DNA from: an uncultured bacterium
Lineage (GTDB): Bacteria > Actinomycetota > Acidimicrobiia > Spongiisociales > UBA5794
DNA length: 64,000 nucleotides
Reading direction: 5' to 3'
NCBI GenBank assembly: GCA_963801165.1
Contig: CAWDDT010000004.1
Coordinates: 384,001-448,000, forward strand
The notes below the pieces were generated by a model, which was given only the letters and a program-made list of their open reading frames with translations, made no database searches and had not been told where the DNA came from. Below are positions 52,656-61,970 of the stretch, piece by piece. How positions within the stretch are numbered: the stretch's first letter is position 1; each line of letters begins with the position of its first letter. Both the position numbers and the translations under genes were made by a program.

Positions 52656-53428
52656 CGCGGCCACAAGATCAGTGATCGAAGTGTGTTGGCCCAGCGCAGC
52701 ATCTCGAGCACAGCCGGCGGTGGCTCATCGGCGTCCACCTTCGGCGGTGTGGCGTCCCGTTTGATCTCGACGGCGCCGGCGGCCATCGTTTTGGATTGGT
52801 CGGGCTCGCTGACCTGGTCATCGCCGCGTCGATCAGCTGTTGCCACCGCGGGCGCGTACGGGATCGGGGCGTACTCGTCTGGCGGTGGTGAGGTCATGAT
52901 CGGGGCTGCCGCCAGCCACAGTCTGATCACTCTGACCGCCTCGGGGGAGACTCTGAGGCTGGTGCTGTCGGCGCCGAGGATCGAGGTGCTCATCGCCTCG
53001 GCGAAGTGCTCGACGGGAGCCTGTTCCCATCCTGCGGAGTAGTCGAACCAGTCGCGATCGAGAGGGAGTTGCTGCGCCGAGAGGAACGCTTCGGTGAGGT
53101 TCTCGTCGGCGAACGCACCGCACGAAAGGAAGGCGTGGTGCGACAGTTCGTGAATAACGATCCCGGGCAATGTGGCGACGTCACCGCTTGGATCGATGAC
53201 CACCTGTTGGGTGGCCACCCGGTACTCGCCCCGACGAGAAGGCAGCTCTTCGAGGGTGATTGTCACCCCGGAAGCGCATCCCTGCCTTGGACCGAGTGCG
53301 TCCCACCATTGCTGGTACGCCTGTGCGATCACCGACTCGGCCGTGACCGAAGTGGCTCTTGCAACACCCGGCACAACGCCAATGCTGCCAAGTACCAGCA
53401 TTGCTGTGATTGCTACTCGAACACGCAT
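52652..53428 (-). CDS. Secreted zincin-type metallopeptidase-like protein
   Basis: Signal peptide (..VARA), VIHELSHH (HExxH) and downstream EHFAE. Confidence 0.7.
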   Translation of the reverse strand: MRVRVAITAMLVLGSIGVVPGVARATSVTAESVIAQAYQQWWDALGPRQGCASGVTITLEELPSRRGEYRVATQQVVIDPSGDVATLPGIVIHELSHHAFLSCGAFADENLTEAFLSAQQLPLDRDWFDYSAGWEQAPVEHFAEAMSTSILGADSTSLRVSPEAVRVIRLWLAAAPIMTSPPPDEYAPIPYAPAVATADRRGDDQVSEPDQSKTMAAGAVEIKRDATPPKVDADEPPPAVLEMLRWANTLRSLILWPR

Positions 53429-53462
53429 TTTCGACCGTCCCCTGTCTTGGTGTCTGTCTTGT

Positions 53463-53524
53463 CTGTCGGCGGAAGTGATTGGTGGTTAACTAGTTATTTT
53501 GTGCCGCATGGTGATAGTCACCAG
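53463..53524 (-). promoter_or_regulatory. Sigma-28-like promoter with upstream CTGGTGACTAT box
   Basis: Minus strand TTAA-N15-GCCGACAG (53463-53489); box at 53514-53524. Confidence 0.5.
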
Positions 53525-53561
53525 ATGGCCATGCGCGAGTCGTCTGGAGTTGGTGGGATCG

Positions 53562-55223
53562 CTAGCGACGGTCACCCAAGACGGGCAACCGTGCACTGGC
53601 TGCAGCGTTCTCGATGGCTACGGTGAGTTCCTCCGGGCGCCACGGCTTTGCCAGGCGGTGGTCCAACCCGACTGTCTGGAACCGGACGGGATCGGTTTGT
53701 CCTGAGTAGGTGGTGATGGCCACGATCGGTACATGAGCGCCGCAGTCGCTGGAGCGGACCATCGTGGCAGCGTCCACGCCGTCTGCCGATCGTGGCATCT
53801 GCATGTCCACGGCAACCACATCAAACGATCCCGTCGAGAGAGCGTCGACGGCTGCGGCGCCATCGGCAGCGGCGGTGACCGCGTGACCTCTCGCCTCCAA
53901 TATGTCCATGACGAGCCGCTGGCTGGTCGGGCTCGGGTCGGCGAGCAGCACTCGTAGGCTGGACCGGCCTTCGCGCAGCCAGTGGCGTGTAACGAGTGAT
54001 GTGTTCGTGCCGGCATTCCGAGATTCTTGAACGGTCGCGACGACGGCGTCGGCGAGGTCGCTGTCGACGACGGGCATTGCCAGATAGCCGGCGACGCCGA
54101 GCGCGCGGCACCGCGCCGCGTCGCCGCGCCTACCTGAGGGAACGACGAGCGTGACGGGTATTCTCCGGTGAGTCCGGTTCAGGAACGCTTCAGCGGTGTC
54201 AAAAGGATGTTGTGACCCGTAGATAACTGCCGCCCTCGCCGTTGCCACGCCATCCTGGTCCGTCCTCCATGCAGCCGGGGCTTCATCGGGGTGGGCCACG
54301 GCGATCGGTGCCATCCCGGCAGAGCCGAGTGCCGCGAGCAGTCCTCGTCGATCGTCAGCGGACTCGGAGACGATCAGCACGGCCAGACCCGTCGTTGTTA
54401 GGGGCGGCGTTGCCACCGGCTGGTCCGGCTCGCTGGCGTCGCCGACACCGAGCTCGACGAGGAAATGAACGACCGCCCGATCGTCGGTCCATACCTGTCC
54501 ACCCATCTCCGTCACTACCGCGGATGTGAGCATACGCGACAGGCTGTTCTCTTTGCCCTGGCTCGGCCGGGCTGGGTGCGGGACGGAATCGACGCAGTGC
54601 TGTGTGGCGAGATCCTCGATGTCAAACCGCAGGCTCACTGTGTTACGCGGACCCTCTACTCCCGATACCGTGATTGCGATGGATCCGCGTTCGGAAGCGT
54701 CAACGGCCTGGCGGAGGAGCCGGATGATCACGTCTCTCAGTCTGCCGGGATCTCCTACAAGCGTGTCGTGGAGGTCGGTGGCGACGGTGCCGCCCAGTTG
54801 CACGAGCTTTGCTCCCGCCCGTGGGGTAGCTACTGCGACTGCATCGTGGAGCAATCCGCGTAGGCTGAACGCCACTGTCTCGAGTGCGAGTTCACCTTTC
54901 CATGCGTTCACGAGATCGCCGAGACCGTTGATGATGGTGACTAGAGCGGCAGCTGAGGATTCGACCTCGTTGAGCTGCAGCACGTGGTCGTAGGCGAGGT
55001 CGGAGACACGTGCCCGCGCTGCTGCCACCAGGATTCGGTCGATGGGCTCGGCGAGTTCGCTGCTGACGCTGCCGACCAGAGTGGCCAGTATCGATGCGAA
55101 ATCATCTGCATCTGCTAACGGGCCATACCCTTCGATACCGAGCGCATTTGCGGCGCCGGATTTGGCGGACATCATCATGGCGTGTAGGCCTCCTCGGTCG
55201 AGCGGATGACCGGTGATCTTCAT
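53562..55223 (-). CDS. Degenerate hybrid histidine kinase with two receiver domains
   Basis: GDPGRLRDVII (N-box region lacking Asn), no DxGxG; REC1 lacks the phospho-Asp; REC2 keeps VDMQMP and AKP. Confidence 0.75.
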   Translation of the reverse strand: MKITGHPLDRGGLHAMMMSAKSGAANALGIEGYGPLADADDFASILATLVGSVSSELAEPIDRILVAAARARVSDLAYDHVLQLNEVESSAAALVTIINGLGDLVNAWKGELALETVAFSLRGLLHDAVAVATPRAGAKLVQLGGTVATDLHDTLVGDPGRLRDVIIRLLRQAVDASERGSIAITVSGVEGPRNTVSLRFDIEDLATQHCVDSVPHPARPSQGKENSLSRMLTSAVVTEMGGQVWTDDRAVVHFLVELGVGDASEPDQPVATPPLTTTGLAVLIVSESADDRRGLLAALGSAGMAPIAVAHPDEAPAAWRTDQDGVATARAAVIYGSQHPFDTAEAFLNRTHRRIPVTLVVPSGRRGDAARCRALGVAGYLAMPVVDSDLADAVVATVQESRNAGTNTSLVTRHWLREGRSSLRVLLADPSPTSQRLVMDILEARGHAVTAAADGAAAVDALSTGSFDVVAVDMQMPRSADGVDAATMVRSSDCGAHVPIVAITTYSGQTDPVRFQTVGLDHRLAKPWRPEELTVAIENAAASARLPVLGDRR

Positions 55224-55347
55224 CGACCGTGGATACCCGGGTCTCGCCTCCGCGTCCTGTCGGTCGCCGAGAACGTTCCAGCATCGGTGGAGAGTTGCCA
55301 CTCGCGTACGCATTCTCGACCGTCCCCTGACGTTGCGTACTGGTCGT

Positions 55348-55410
55348 TCTTCGGCACAAGTGACCGCCGGTATGAGTGGTCATTTCGCGCGGGGTGCCAA
55401 TAGTCACCAG
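55348..55410 (-). promoter_or_regulatory. Sigma-28-like promoter with upstream CTGGTGACTAT box
   Basis: Minus strand CATA-N15-GCCGAAGA (55348-55374); box at 55400-55410. Confidence 0.5.
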
Positions 55411-55531
55411 GTCTGCTCCGAGACCGCATGGTTGGGTCCGTCCGCCAGGGTGGGCTGTCGTAGATTCCCCATCGGCTCGCCGTGAACAAGGCGCAGGCAG
55501 GGGCCGAAGCCCAAACGCATCGCGTCCCTGC

Positions 55532-57514
55532 TCACACTAGGACGGCGTCGGTGATGATCTCCACCAGGGCGGGGCCGGGATGGGCCAGCGCCTCCGCCAG
55601 GGCAGGGGCGAGCCCATCCTCACCTTCGACCCGTAGTCCCATTGCCCCGCATGACCGGGCGAAGGCGGCAAAATCGGGGTTCGTCAGCGAGGTTTGCCAC
55701 ACGTCGTACTCGGCGGCTCGTTGTTCCTTGCTTATCTTCCCCAGCTCGCCGTTTGTGAGCAGCACGCAGGTGATGTCCATCCCGTACTTGGCGGCAGTGG
55801 ACATTTCCATGGAGTATTGGCCGAAACCGCCGTCACCACACACGGCGATGACCTGCCGCTCGCCGTCCACCGCGGCCCAGGCACCCATCGCCGCGGGCAA
55901 CCCGAAGCCGATTGATCCCAGGTACCCGGACATCAGCACCGTCTGGTTGGTGACCTCGAAATAGCGGCCGAAGGAGTAGGTGTTGTTTCCCACGTCGACG
56001 CAGATCACCGCGTCGTCGTCGGCGGCTGTGGTCAGCTCCGCAAACACCGAAGCGGAGTTGAGGCCTTGGCCGCGATCGTCTCTGGCGCGGCGTGACGTCT
56101 CTTCCCGCCAGATCGCCCACCGATCGGCGAGCTCGGGCCGCTGATCGACCCATTCGCCGCCGTTCAGACCCGCGAGCAACTCCCGGGCGGTCAACCCGAC
56201 GTCTCCGAGAATCCCGAGCTCGACGGGATCGTGGCGACCGATTCCCCACCGGTCATGGTCAATTTGGATCGTCGGCTTGTAGGGAGCGATTCCCGTGTGG
56301 TTCGAGAAAGACGCACCAAAAACGATGAGCAGGTCCGACTCGTTCATGAACCAGCTGGCGACCGGAGTGCCGCTGCGTCCCAGCACACCACACCCGAGCG
56401 GGTGCCGATCGGGGATCTGACCCTTCGCCTTGAAGGTGGTCATCACCGGAGCGCTGAGCCTCTCCGCCAGTTCCACGACCGCGCCCATGTGGCGCCGCGC
56501 TCCGGCGCCCACGATGATGACGGGCCGTGATGCCGACTCGATCTTCACGCAGGCAGCGCGCACCACATCCAGATCGGGTGTGACCGGGTCGTGCGCCCAC
56601 CGCCCATCCGGCGGTGTAGGCGGGGCGTCTGTGACCGGGAGCGCTTGCACGTCGTCCGGGAGCATCAGATGCGTGACGGTTTGTTCGACGATTGCGCGTT
56701 TGCAGGCGAGGGCCATCAGCTCGGCATGGTTCGAATGCGCCTGCACCGTCTCCGACGAAGCGGCTACATCACCGAACACGGCTTCGAGGTCGAGATCCTG
56801 GAACGCTCCGCGTCCCTTGACCTTCGAGGGCACCTGGCCGGAGATGGCGAGAACCGGCGCCTGATCGAGCTTGGCGTCGTAGAGACCAGTCAACAGGTTT
56901 GTCGATCCGGGTCCGGCAATGCCGAAGCACGCTGCCGGGCGCCCGGTCAGCTTGCCATACGCGGATGCGGCAAACGCGGCGGCTCCCTCGTGACGGACCC
57001 CGATGTATCGCAGCTGCTTGCGCGTCTCGGCGCGCCGCATGGCATCGGCGAACCCGAGATTCGAGTGGCCGACCATGCCGAACACCGCGTGCACGCCCCA
57101 CGCAACCATCGTCTCGACGAGCACGTCCGAAACAGTGCGCCGATGCGCGACGTCGTCCGGTAGGGCGACGTAAATGCCGTCGTCACGCCGCTCGGTGGGA
57201 TATGCGGTTGGGGCGTCGGTGAAGCTGGGGGGCGGGAGACCGTTGCATGGGGAGAACTCATACCCGTGCCACGGGCAGCGCAGCCATCCGTTCTCGATCG
57301 ACCCTTCTCCGAGTGGACCGCCCTGATGCGGGCAGCGGTTGTCCAGTGCCCCGACGCAGCCCTCGTATTTGCTCACCGCCAGGCTCCGGTGCCCGACCGT
57401 GACCGTCATGACGCGTCCCTCGGATACGGCATCGTGGTCCGCAAGCCGGTGCCAGGACCAGCTTCCCGGCGGCGGTGTCGGCGGCTCTGTCGATGGGGCG
57501 CTGTTCGTTGCCAC
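55532..57514 (-). CDS. Rieske [2Fe-2S] domain fused to a pyruvate oxidase-like TPP/FAD enzyme
   Basis: CPHQGG...CPWHG; RHEGAAAFAA, GPGSTNL, GDGGF...LTNGELG. Confidence 0.9.
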   Translation of the reverse strand: MATNSAPSTEPPTPPPGSWSWHRLADHDAVSEGRVMTVTVGHRSLAVSKYEGCVGALDNRCPHQGGPLGEGSIENGWLRCPWHGYEFSPCNGLPPPSFTDAPTAYPTERRDDGIYVALPDDVAHRRTVSDVLVETMVAWGVHAVFGMVGHSNLGFADAMRRAETRKQLRYIGVRHEGAAAFAASAYGKLTGRPAACFGIAGPGSTNLLTGLYDAKLDQAPVLAISGQVPSKVKGRGAFQDLDLEAVFGDVAASSETVQAHSNHAELMALACKRAIVEQTVTHLMLPDDVQALPVTDAPPTPPDGRWAHDPVTPDLDVVRAACVKIESASRPVIIVGAGARRHMGAVVELAERLSAPVMTTFKAKGQIPDRHPLGCGVLGRSGTPVASWFMNESDLLIVFGASFSNHTGIAPYKPTIQIDHDRWGIGRHDPVELGILGDVGLTARELLAGLNGGEWVDQRPELADRWAIWREETSRRARDDRGQGLNSASVFAELTTAADDDAVICVDVGNNTYSFGRYFEVTNQTVLMSGYLGSIGFGLPAAMGAWAAVDGERQVIAVCGDGGFGQYSMEMSTAAKYGMDITCVLLTNGELGKISKEQRAAEYDVWQTSLTNPDFAAFARSCGAMGLRVEGEDGLAPALAEALAHPGPALVEIITDAVLV

Positions 57515-57642
57515 TATGTCTCCTTCGCTTCCACAGATTCTGGCGGTGTGCGGGCGGCGTTACACCCGGGCACCCGCGCCGAGCCGGGTGCAATTGTCGG
57601 CGGCAGCTTCACTTGACGGTACACGCCAGTCCCCAGTCGTAC

Positions 57643-57800
57643 TCACGTCGAGAAGAACCAGATGCGACCCGGGTCTGTTCCTGCGGAGCCCCGGGCGAAC
57701 CAGAAGGTTTCGAGTTGGGGAACCGCCTCGAGCCAGCTTCCTGCCAATCGCCCTGACGTCGCCTGCCCGGTGATGTCCCACGTGGAGCCGGTCTCCGCTT
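57643..57800 (-). pseudogene. Probable C-terminal remnant of a DUF3179-type protein
   Basis: ETGSTWDITGQATSGRLAGSWLEAVPQLETFWFA resembles the DUF3179 C-terminal motif. Confidence 0.5.
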
Positions 57801-57853
57801 CGTGCGTAGATCGTGCCGGTATATCGAAGTGGTGTACGCCGGAACAGGAGGGG

Positions 57854-58360
57854 TCACAGCCCGCGGGTGAGGGTGACGACATCGACCGGGGTCTCCTCGA
57901 CCAGCTCGAGATCGGTGCCGATGACGTCTAAGCCGTGGTGCTGGTAGAAGCGGATCGCTCGCTCGTTGCCGGTCTCGGTGCTGACGATCATCGTGGTGAA
58001 CCCGTAGCCCTTTGATGCCGCCACCGTAGCGTCGAGCAACCGGGTGCCGATCCCGGCCCCGATTGTCTCCCGGAGAACGACGATCCCCGACAGCTCGACC
58101 GTGTCCGCGGTCTCGGCGCGGGTCGAGGCGAAGCCGATGATCCGGTCACCCGACCTTGCTATGTACATCCGATGATCGGGGCCGCCAGTGCGCGACCGGA
58201 TCAGGTCGGGATCGGCGACGTCGGCGATGACCTCCTCGGTGGCGCCGGCAAAACCAGGGGCACCCGGCCCGGCCTGGCGCCATGCCTCCCACAGAAACGC
58301 CGAGATGGCGTCGACATCGCCATCCTTTGCTTCGCCAACCATCGGGGTGCTGTCCGTCAT
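57854..58360 (-). CDS. GNAT-family N-acetyltransferase
   Basis: IGAGIGTRLL, NERAIRFYQHHG. Confidence 0.88.
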   Translation of the reverse strand: MTDSTPMVGEAKDGDVDAISAFLWEAWRQAGPGAPGFAGATEEVIADVADPDLIRSRTGGPDHRMYIARSGDRIIGFASTRAETADTVELSGIVVLRETIGAGIGTRLLDATVAASKGYGFTTMIVSTETGNERAIRFYQHHGLDVIGTDLELVEETPVDVVTLTRGL

Positions 58361-58442
58361 GATCCCATTCAACCGCACCGAATATCGCCCCCAAAGTCGC
58401 GAAATCCGCATTTCTGTCACACCCCACCGATAACGTGGCCAC

Positions 58443-58695
58443 ATGCTCTCAGAGAAGGACATACAGGTCCTCGATTTCGAGGCAGGCTGGTGGCATTTCC
58501 CCGAGCCGAAAGATCGCGCGTATCCGCGACTATCTCGGCATGAGCTCCACGCGCTACTACCAGGCGTTGCGCCGGCTCGTCGAAGACGAGGAGGCTGCTC
58601 TCAGGTATCCACTGGTTATCAAGCGTCTGCGCAAGATGAGGGAAGAGCGGAAGAAAGCGCTCGCCAGGCGGATCGACACGCCGGTCGGCGGATGA
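58443..58695 (+). CDS. DUF3263-family protein with one apparent +1 frameshift near 58521
   Basis: LSEKDIQVLDFEAGWW...KDRA|IRDYLGMSSTRYYQALRRL...YPLVIKRLR. Confidence 0.8.
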
Positions 58696-59963
58696 GCGAG
58701 ACCTCTCCCGACGTCGTCCCCGAGACGACCGAGGTGAGACGCGAACGCGACCTGAACGCGGTGATCACGCGGATGGGCATCGCCGCCTGGAGCTTGGTCG
58801 GCGCCGCGGTCCTCATCTGGATCGTGCTCCTGGTGCTGGGACGAATCCAGATCCTGCTGGCACCGATCGTGCTGGCGGTCGCCATCATCTATATTCTCAA
58901 CCCACTCGTCGGCTGGCTCTCGGACCGCCATGTTCCCCGGATCCTGGCGGCCATGCTCGGGTTCCTCTTTCTGCTTGCGGTGCTTGCCGGTATCGGGGCC
59001 GCGGTTGCCCCGGTCGTTACCAATCAGGGCTCCGAGTTGACTACCAGTTTCCCGCAGATATACGAGGACACCGCCTCAGACCTCGAGAATATGGCCGCCG
59101 ACATGGGCTTCAACGTCGATCTCTGGTCGTACGACCAGTTGCAACAGTTCATCCACGACCCGCAGGCGCAGGATCAGATTCTGTCTGTTGTCTGGTCCCG
59201 TCTCGGTGACGTTACGAGCGGCGTGCTCGAGGCCATCCTTGTCTTTGTGATCGCACCGGTTGTGGCGTTCTACGTGCTCATCGACCTTCCCCGCGTCCGC
59301 AAGGAGGCGACCGCCCTCATACCGGAACGGCACAGGGCCGAGGTACTGCACGTGACGCGCCGGCTGGGCGGTGCGGTCGGTGGGTTCCTACGCGGCCAGA
59401 TGCTGGTGGCCCTGATCGTCGGCGTGCTCACCAGCACCGGCTTCTGGATCATCGGTCTCAACTTCTGGCTGATCATCGGGATGCTCGCCGGTGCGCTCAA
59501 CATCATCCCGTTCGTCGGCCCCTGGGTGGGGGGCTTTCTCGGGGTTATGGTCGGGTTCGTCACCGCAGACGCACGCACTGCGGTCCTTGCCGCCCTGGTT
59601 GCGCTCCTGGTCCAGCAGCTGGACAACCACCTCATCAGCCCGAACGTTCTCCGGGCGACGGTTCATCTGCACCCGGCACTGATCATCTTGTTGATCCTGC
59701 TCGGTGGTGGTGTCGGTGGCATCTGGGGCGTGCTGCTGGCGGTCCCGGTGGCCGCCAGCATCAAGATCGTCGCCGGCCATTTGTGGCGCACCCGCGTGCT
59801 TGGCCAGACCTGGGAGGATGCCTACGCAGACATGATGGAATCATCCCACCCGCCCGAACCTCTGCTCGATGAGATCATCCGGGAAATCGTCCATGCCGAC
59901 GCCGGCGCCCAGGAGACGGATGAGGTGGGGGCACCCGACGGCGGCGACGAGCCGACCGAGTAG
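58692..59963 (+). CDS. AI-2E (PerM) family transporter
   Basis: YILNPLV, FLRGQ, IPFVGP, QQLDNHLISP, LHP, LLAVP. Confidence 0.9.
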   Translation: MSETSPDVVPETTEVRRERDLNAVITRMGIAAWSLVGAAVLIWIVLLVLGRIQILLAPIVLAVAIIYILNPLVGWLSDRHVPRILAAMLGFLFLLAVLAGIGAAVAPVVTNQGSELTTSFPQIYEDTASDLENMAADMGFNVDLWSYDQLQQFIHDPQAQDQILSVVWSRLGDVTSGVLEAILVFVIAPVVAFYVLIDLPRVRKEATALIPERHRAEVLHVTRRLGGAVGGFLRGQMLVALIVGVLTSTGFWIIGLNFWLIIGMLAGALNIIPFVGPWVGGFLGVMVGFVTADARTAVLAALVALLVQQLDNHLISPNVLRATVHLHPALIILLILLGGGVGGIWGVLLAVPVAASIKIVAGHLWRTRVLGQTWEDAYADMMESSHPPEPLLDEIIREIVHADAGAQETDEVGAPDGGDEPTE

Positions 59964-59972
59964 CCACTCGTC

Positions 59973-60932
59973 ATGCTGGACGTGATCCTCGGTGCGTTGC
60001 TTGTCGGGTTGGGGATCCGCGGCTGGATGCGGGGTCTGTTGCGCGAGGTGATCAGCCTGGCGGTGCTCATTGTCGGAACCGTGGCTTCCTTCCGGTTGTC
60101 CACCCCGGTGGGAAGGGTACTGGTGAACATGTCCGGCATCTCCCCGGACGTCGGGCGCTACATCGCGGGCATCGGCATCTTCCTTGCCATAGCAGTGGGG
60201 GCGGGGATCGTCAGCCGGATCATCCACGGCGGCCTGCGTCTCCTTCCCGGTGTATCGACGCTGAACCGGGCCGCAGGTGCGACGCTCAGCCTCATCGCGT
60301 TCACCCTGGTGGTAACGCTCGCTGTGTCGATGGCGACCGTTGTCGATCTGCCCGACGCAGCGAAACGCCAACTCGACGAGTCGACGGTGGCGGCGGCTCT
60401 CACCGATCCGGGCGGGATTCCACAACGTGTGCTCGGCTTCCTCTCGGGTGATCGAGTGGTGGAGGTCTCGCTGCGTATCCGCTCGCTCACCGGCGCCGAC
60501 CACGCCGTCGCGTCGGCCGGTGCGCCTCTCGAGCTGCCCGCTACGGATCGGGAGGATCTGCAGCGACTCCCCGCCGCGGAGGCAACGATCCTCGATCTGC
60601 TCAATCGGGAGCGAGTTGCCGCTGATGTCGAGCCGTTGCCGGAAGCTACCGGTCTCGGAGACGTCGCGTTCGAGATGGCGGCGGACGGCTATAGCCGTGG
60701 ACGAATCGAGGTCCTGGAGAGCGAGCACCTGCGCGCCATTCTCAACAGCGCGGGCATTCCGACGACAACGGCGGTGGAGCTCGTCGTCCTCACCGCAGGT
60801 CCCGAGTCGGCGCATGCGGCACTCGTCGAGGAGATGAAGGACGAGATGACTGCCGCAGGTTTCACCCGGGCCGGGATCGCAGTCGTGGAGGGCCCCTTCG
60901 GGTTGCTCGTCGTCGAGCTACTCACCGACTAG
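59973..60932 (+). CDS. CvpA-family membrane domain fused to a CAP/SCP-like domain
   Basis: MLDVIL...GWMRGLLRE...LNRAAGA; ILDLLNRERVAADVEPL...GIAVV. Confidence 0.75.
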   Translation: MLDVILGALLVGLGIRGWMRGLLREVISLAVLIVGTVASFRLSTPVGRVLVNMSGISPDVGRYIAGIGIFLAIAVGAGIVSRIIHGGLRLLPGVSTLNRAAGATLSLIAFTLVVTLAVSMATVVDLPDAAKRQLDESTVAAALTDPGGIPQRVLGFLSGDRVVEVSLRIRSLTGADHAVASAGAPLELPATDREDLQRLPAAEATILDLLNRERVAADVEPLPEATGLGDVAFEMAADGYSRGRIEVLESEHLRAILNSAGIPTTTAVELVVLTAGPESAHAALVEEMKDEMTAAGFTRAGIAVVEGPFGLLVVELLTD

Positions 60933-61034
60933 GTGTAGTCGGTCCTCGGGGATAAGACCCGAATCATCCATGCGAAGGAGGACGCGCAATCGATGGTTCT
61001 CGTATGCTGCATCGGAACGGGTGTAGGAGGAAGC

Positions 61035-61970
61035 TTGAACGTCTTGGAGTGCGAGGGTCTGGTCAAGACCTTTGGTGATCTGGTCGCGGTCGACGATGTG
61101 GGGTTCCAGATCGCGCCCGGAGAGACGTACGGTCTGCTCGGGCCGAACGGGGCAGGCAAGACGACCACGATCTCGATGATCGCCGGGATTCTGGAGGCCG
61201 ATGCCGGCTCGGTGACGGTTGCCGGCAAGCAGATCACAACCCGGACGACCGAAGGCAACGTCGAGATCGGGTACGTGCCTCAGGACATCGCGATCTATCC
61301 GGATCTGTCCGCACGGGAGAACCTGCGCTTCTTCGGCAAGCTGTACGGTCTTGGCAAGGCCAGGTTGCTGGGTCGAATCGAAGAGGTACTGGAGGTGATC
61401 GGGCTCACCGACCGCGCCGACGATCGCACCGATGAGTACTCCGGCGGGATGAAGCGGCGGCTCAACATTGGCATCGGTCTGCTCCATGAGCCGAGCCTGT
61501 TGATTCTCGATGAGCCGACCGTCGGCGTTGATCCGCAAAGCCGCAACTCGATCCTCGAGAGTGTCGAAGCGCTCGGCTCGGCCGGTACCGCGGTGCTCTA
61601 CACGACTCACTACATGGAAGAAGCAGAGCGGTTGTGCGATCGGGTGGCCATCATCGATGCGGGAAGGATCCGCGCTGAGGGCACCCGGCGGGAGCTGGTC
61701 CAGCTCATGGGTCAGAAGGACACCATCAACCTCAGCGTCGTCGGGTCGGCACGGAGGCTGGTAGAGGCTCTGGAGCCGATAGAGCAGGTGGCCAGCGTCA
61801 CCGCGGCCGAGGGTTCTGTGGAGCTGCTCGTCGACGGCGCCAGCAGCCTGCTGCCCAGGATTCTCGACGCAGCCCAGGGCGCGGGAGTTGCCGTTTCTGG
61901 TGTTGAGGTGATCGAGCCCAATCTCGAATCGGTATTTCTCCACCTGACCGGGAAGGCGTTGCGCGACTGA
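61035..61970 (+). CDS. ABC exporter ATP-binding protein
   Basis: GPNGAGKTT, YSGGMKRR, LDEPTVGVDPQSR, THYMEEAE, NLESVFLHLTG. Confidence 0.93.
   Translation: MNVLECEGLVKTFGDLVAVDDVGFQIAPGETYGLLGPNGAGKTTTISMIAGILEADAGSVTVAGKQITTRTTEGNVEIGYVPQDIAIYPDLSARENLRFFGKLYGLGKARLLGRIEEVLEVIGLTDRADDRTDEYSGGMKRRLNIGIGLLHEPSLLILDEPTVGVDPQSRNSILESVEALGSAGTAVLYTTHYMEEAERLCDRVAIIDAGRIRAEGTRRELVQLMGQKDTINLSVVGSARRLVEALEPIEQVASVTAAEGSVELLVDGASSLLPRILDAAQGAGVAVSGVEVIEPNLESVFLHLTGKALRD

Noticed and set aside
55380-55402. Sigma-54 promoter (TGGCAC on the minus strand)
   Set aside because: No TTGC -12 element at the required spacing.
57540-57850. TPP riboswitch or ncRNA upstream of the Rieske-TPP gene
   Set aside because: No CTGAGA/ACCTGA core found on the minus strand; part of the region reads as a DUF3179-like protein remnant.
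58443-59963. 506-aa DUF3263/AI-2E fusion in the ORF track
   Set aside because: Produced by a +1 frameshift near 58521; two separate genes overlapping at ATGA (58692-58695) explain it.
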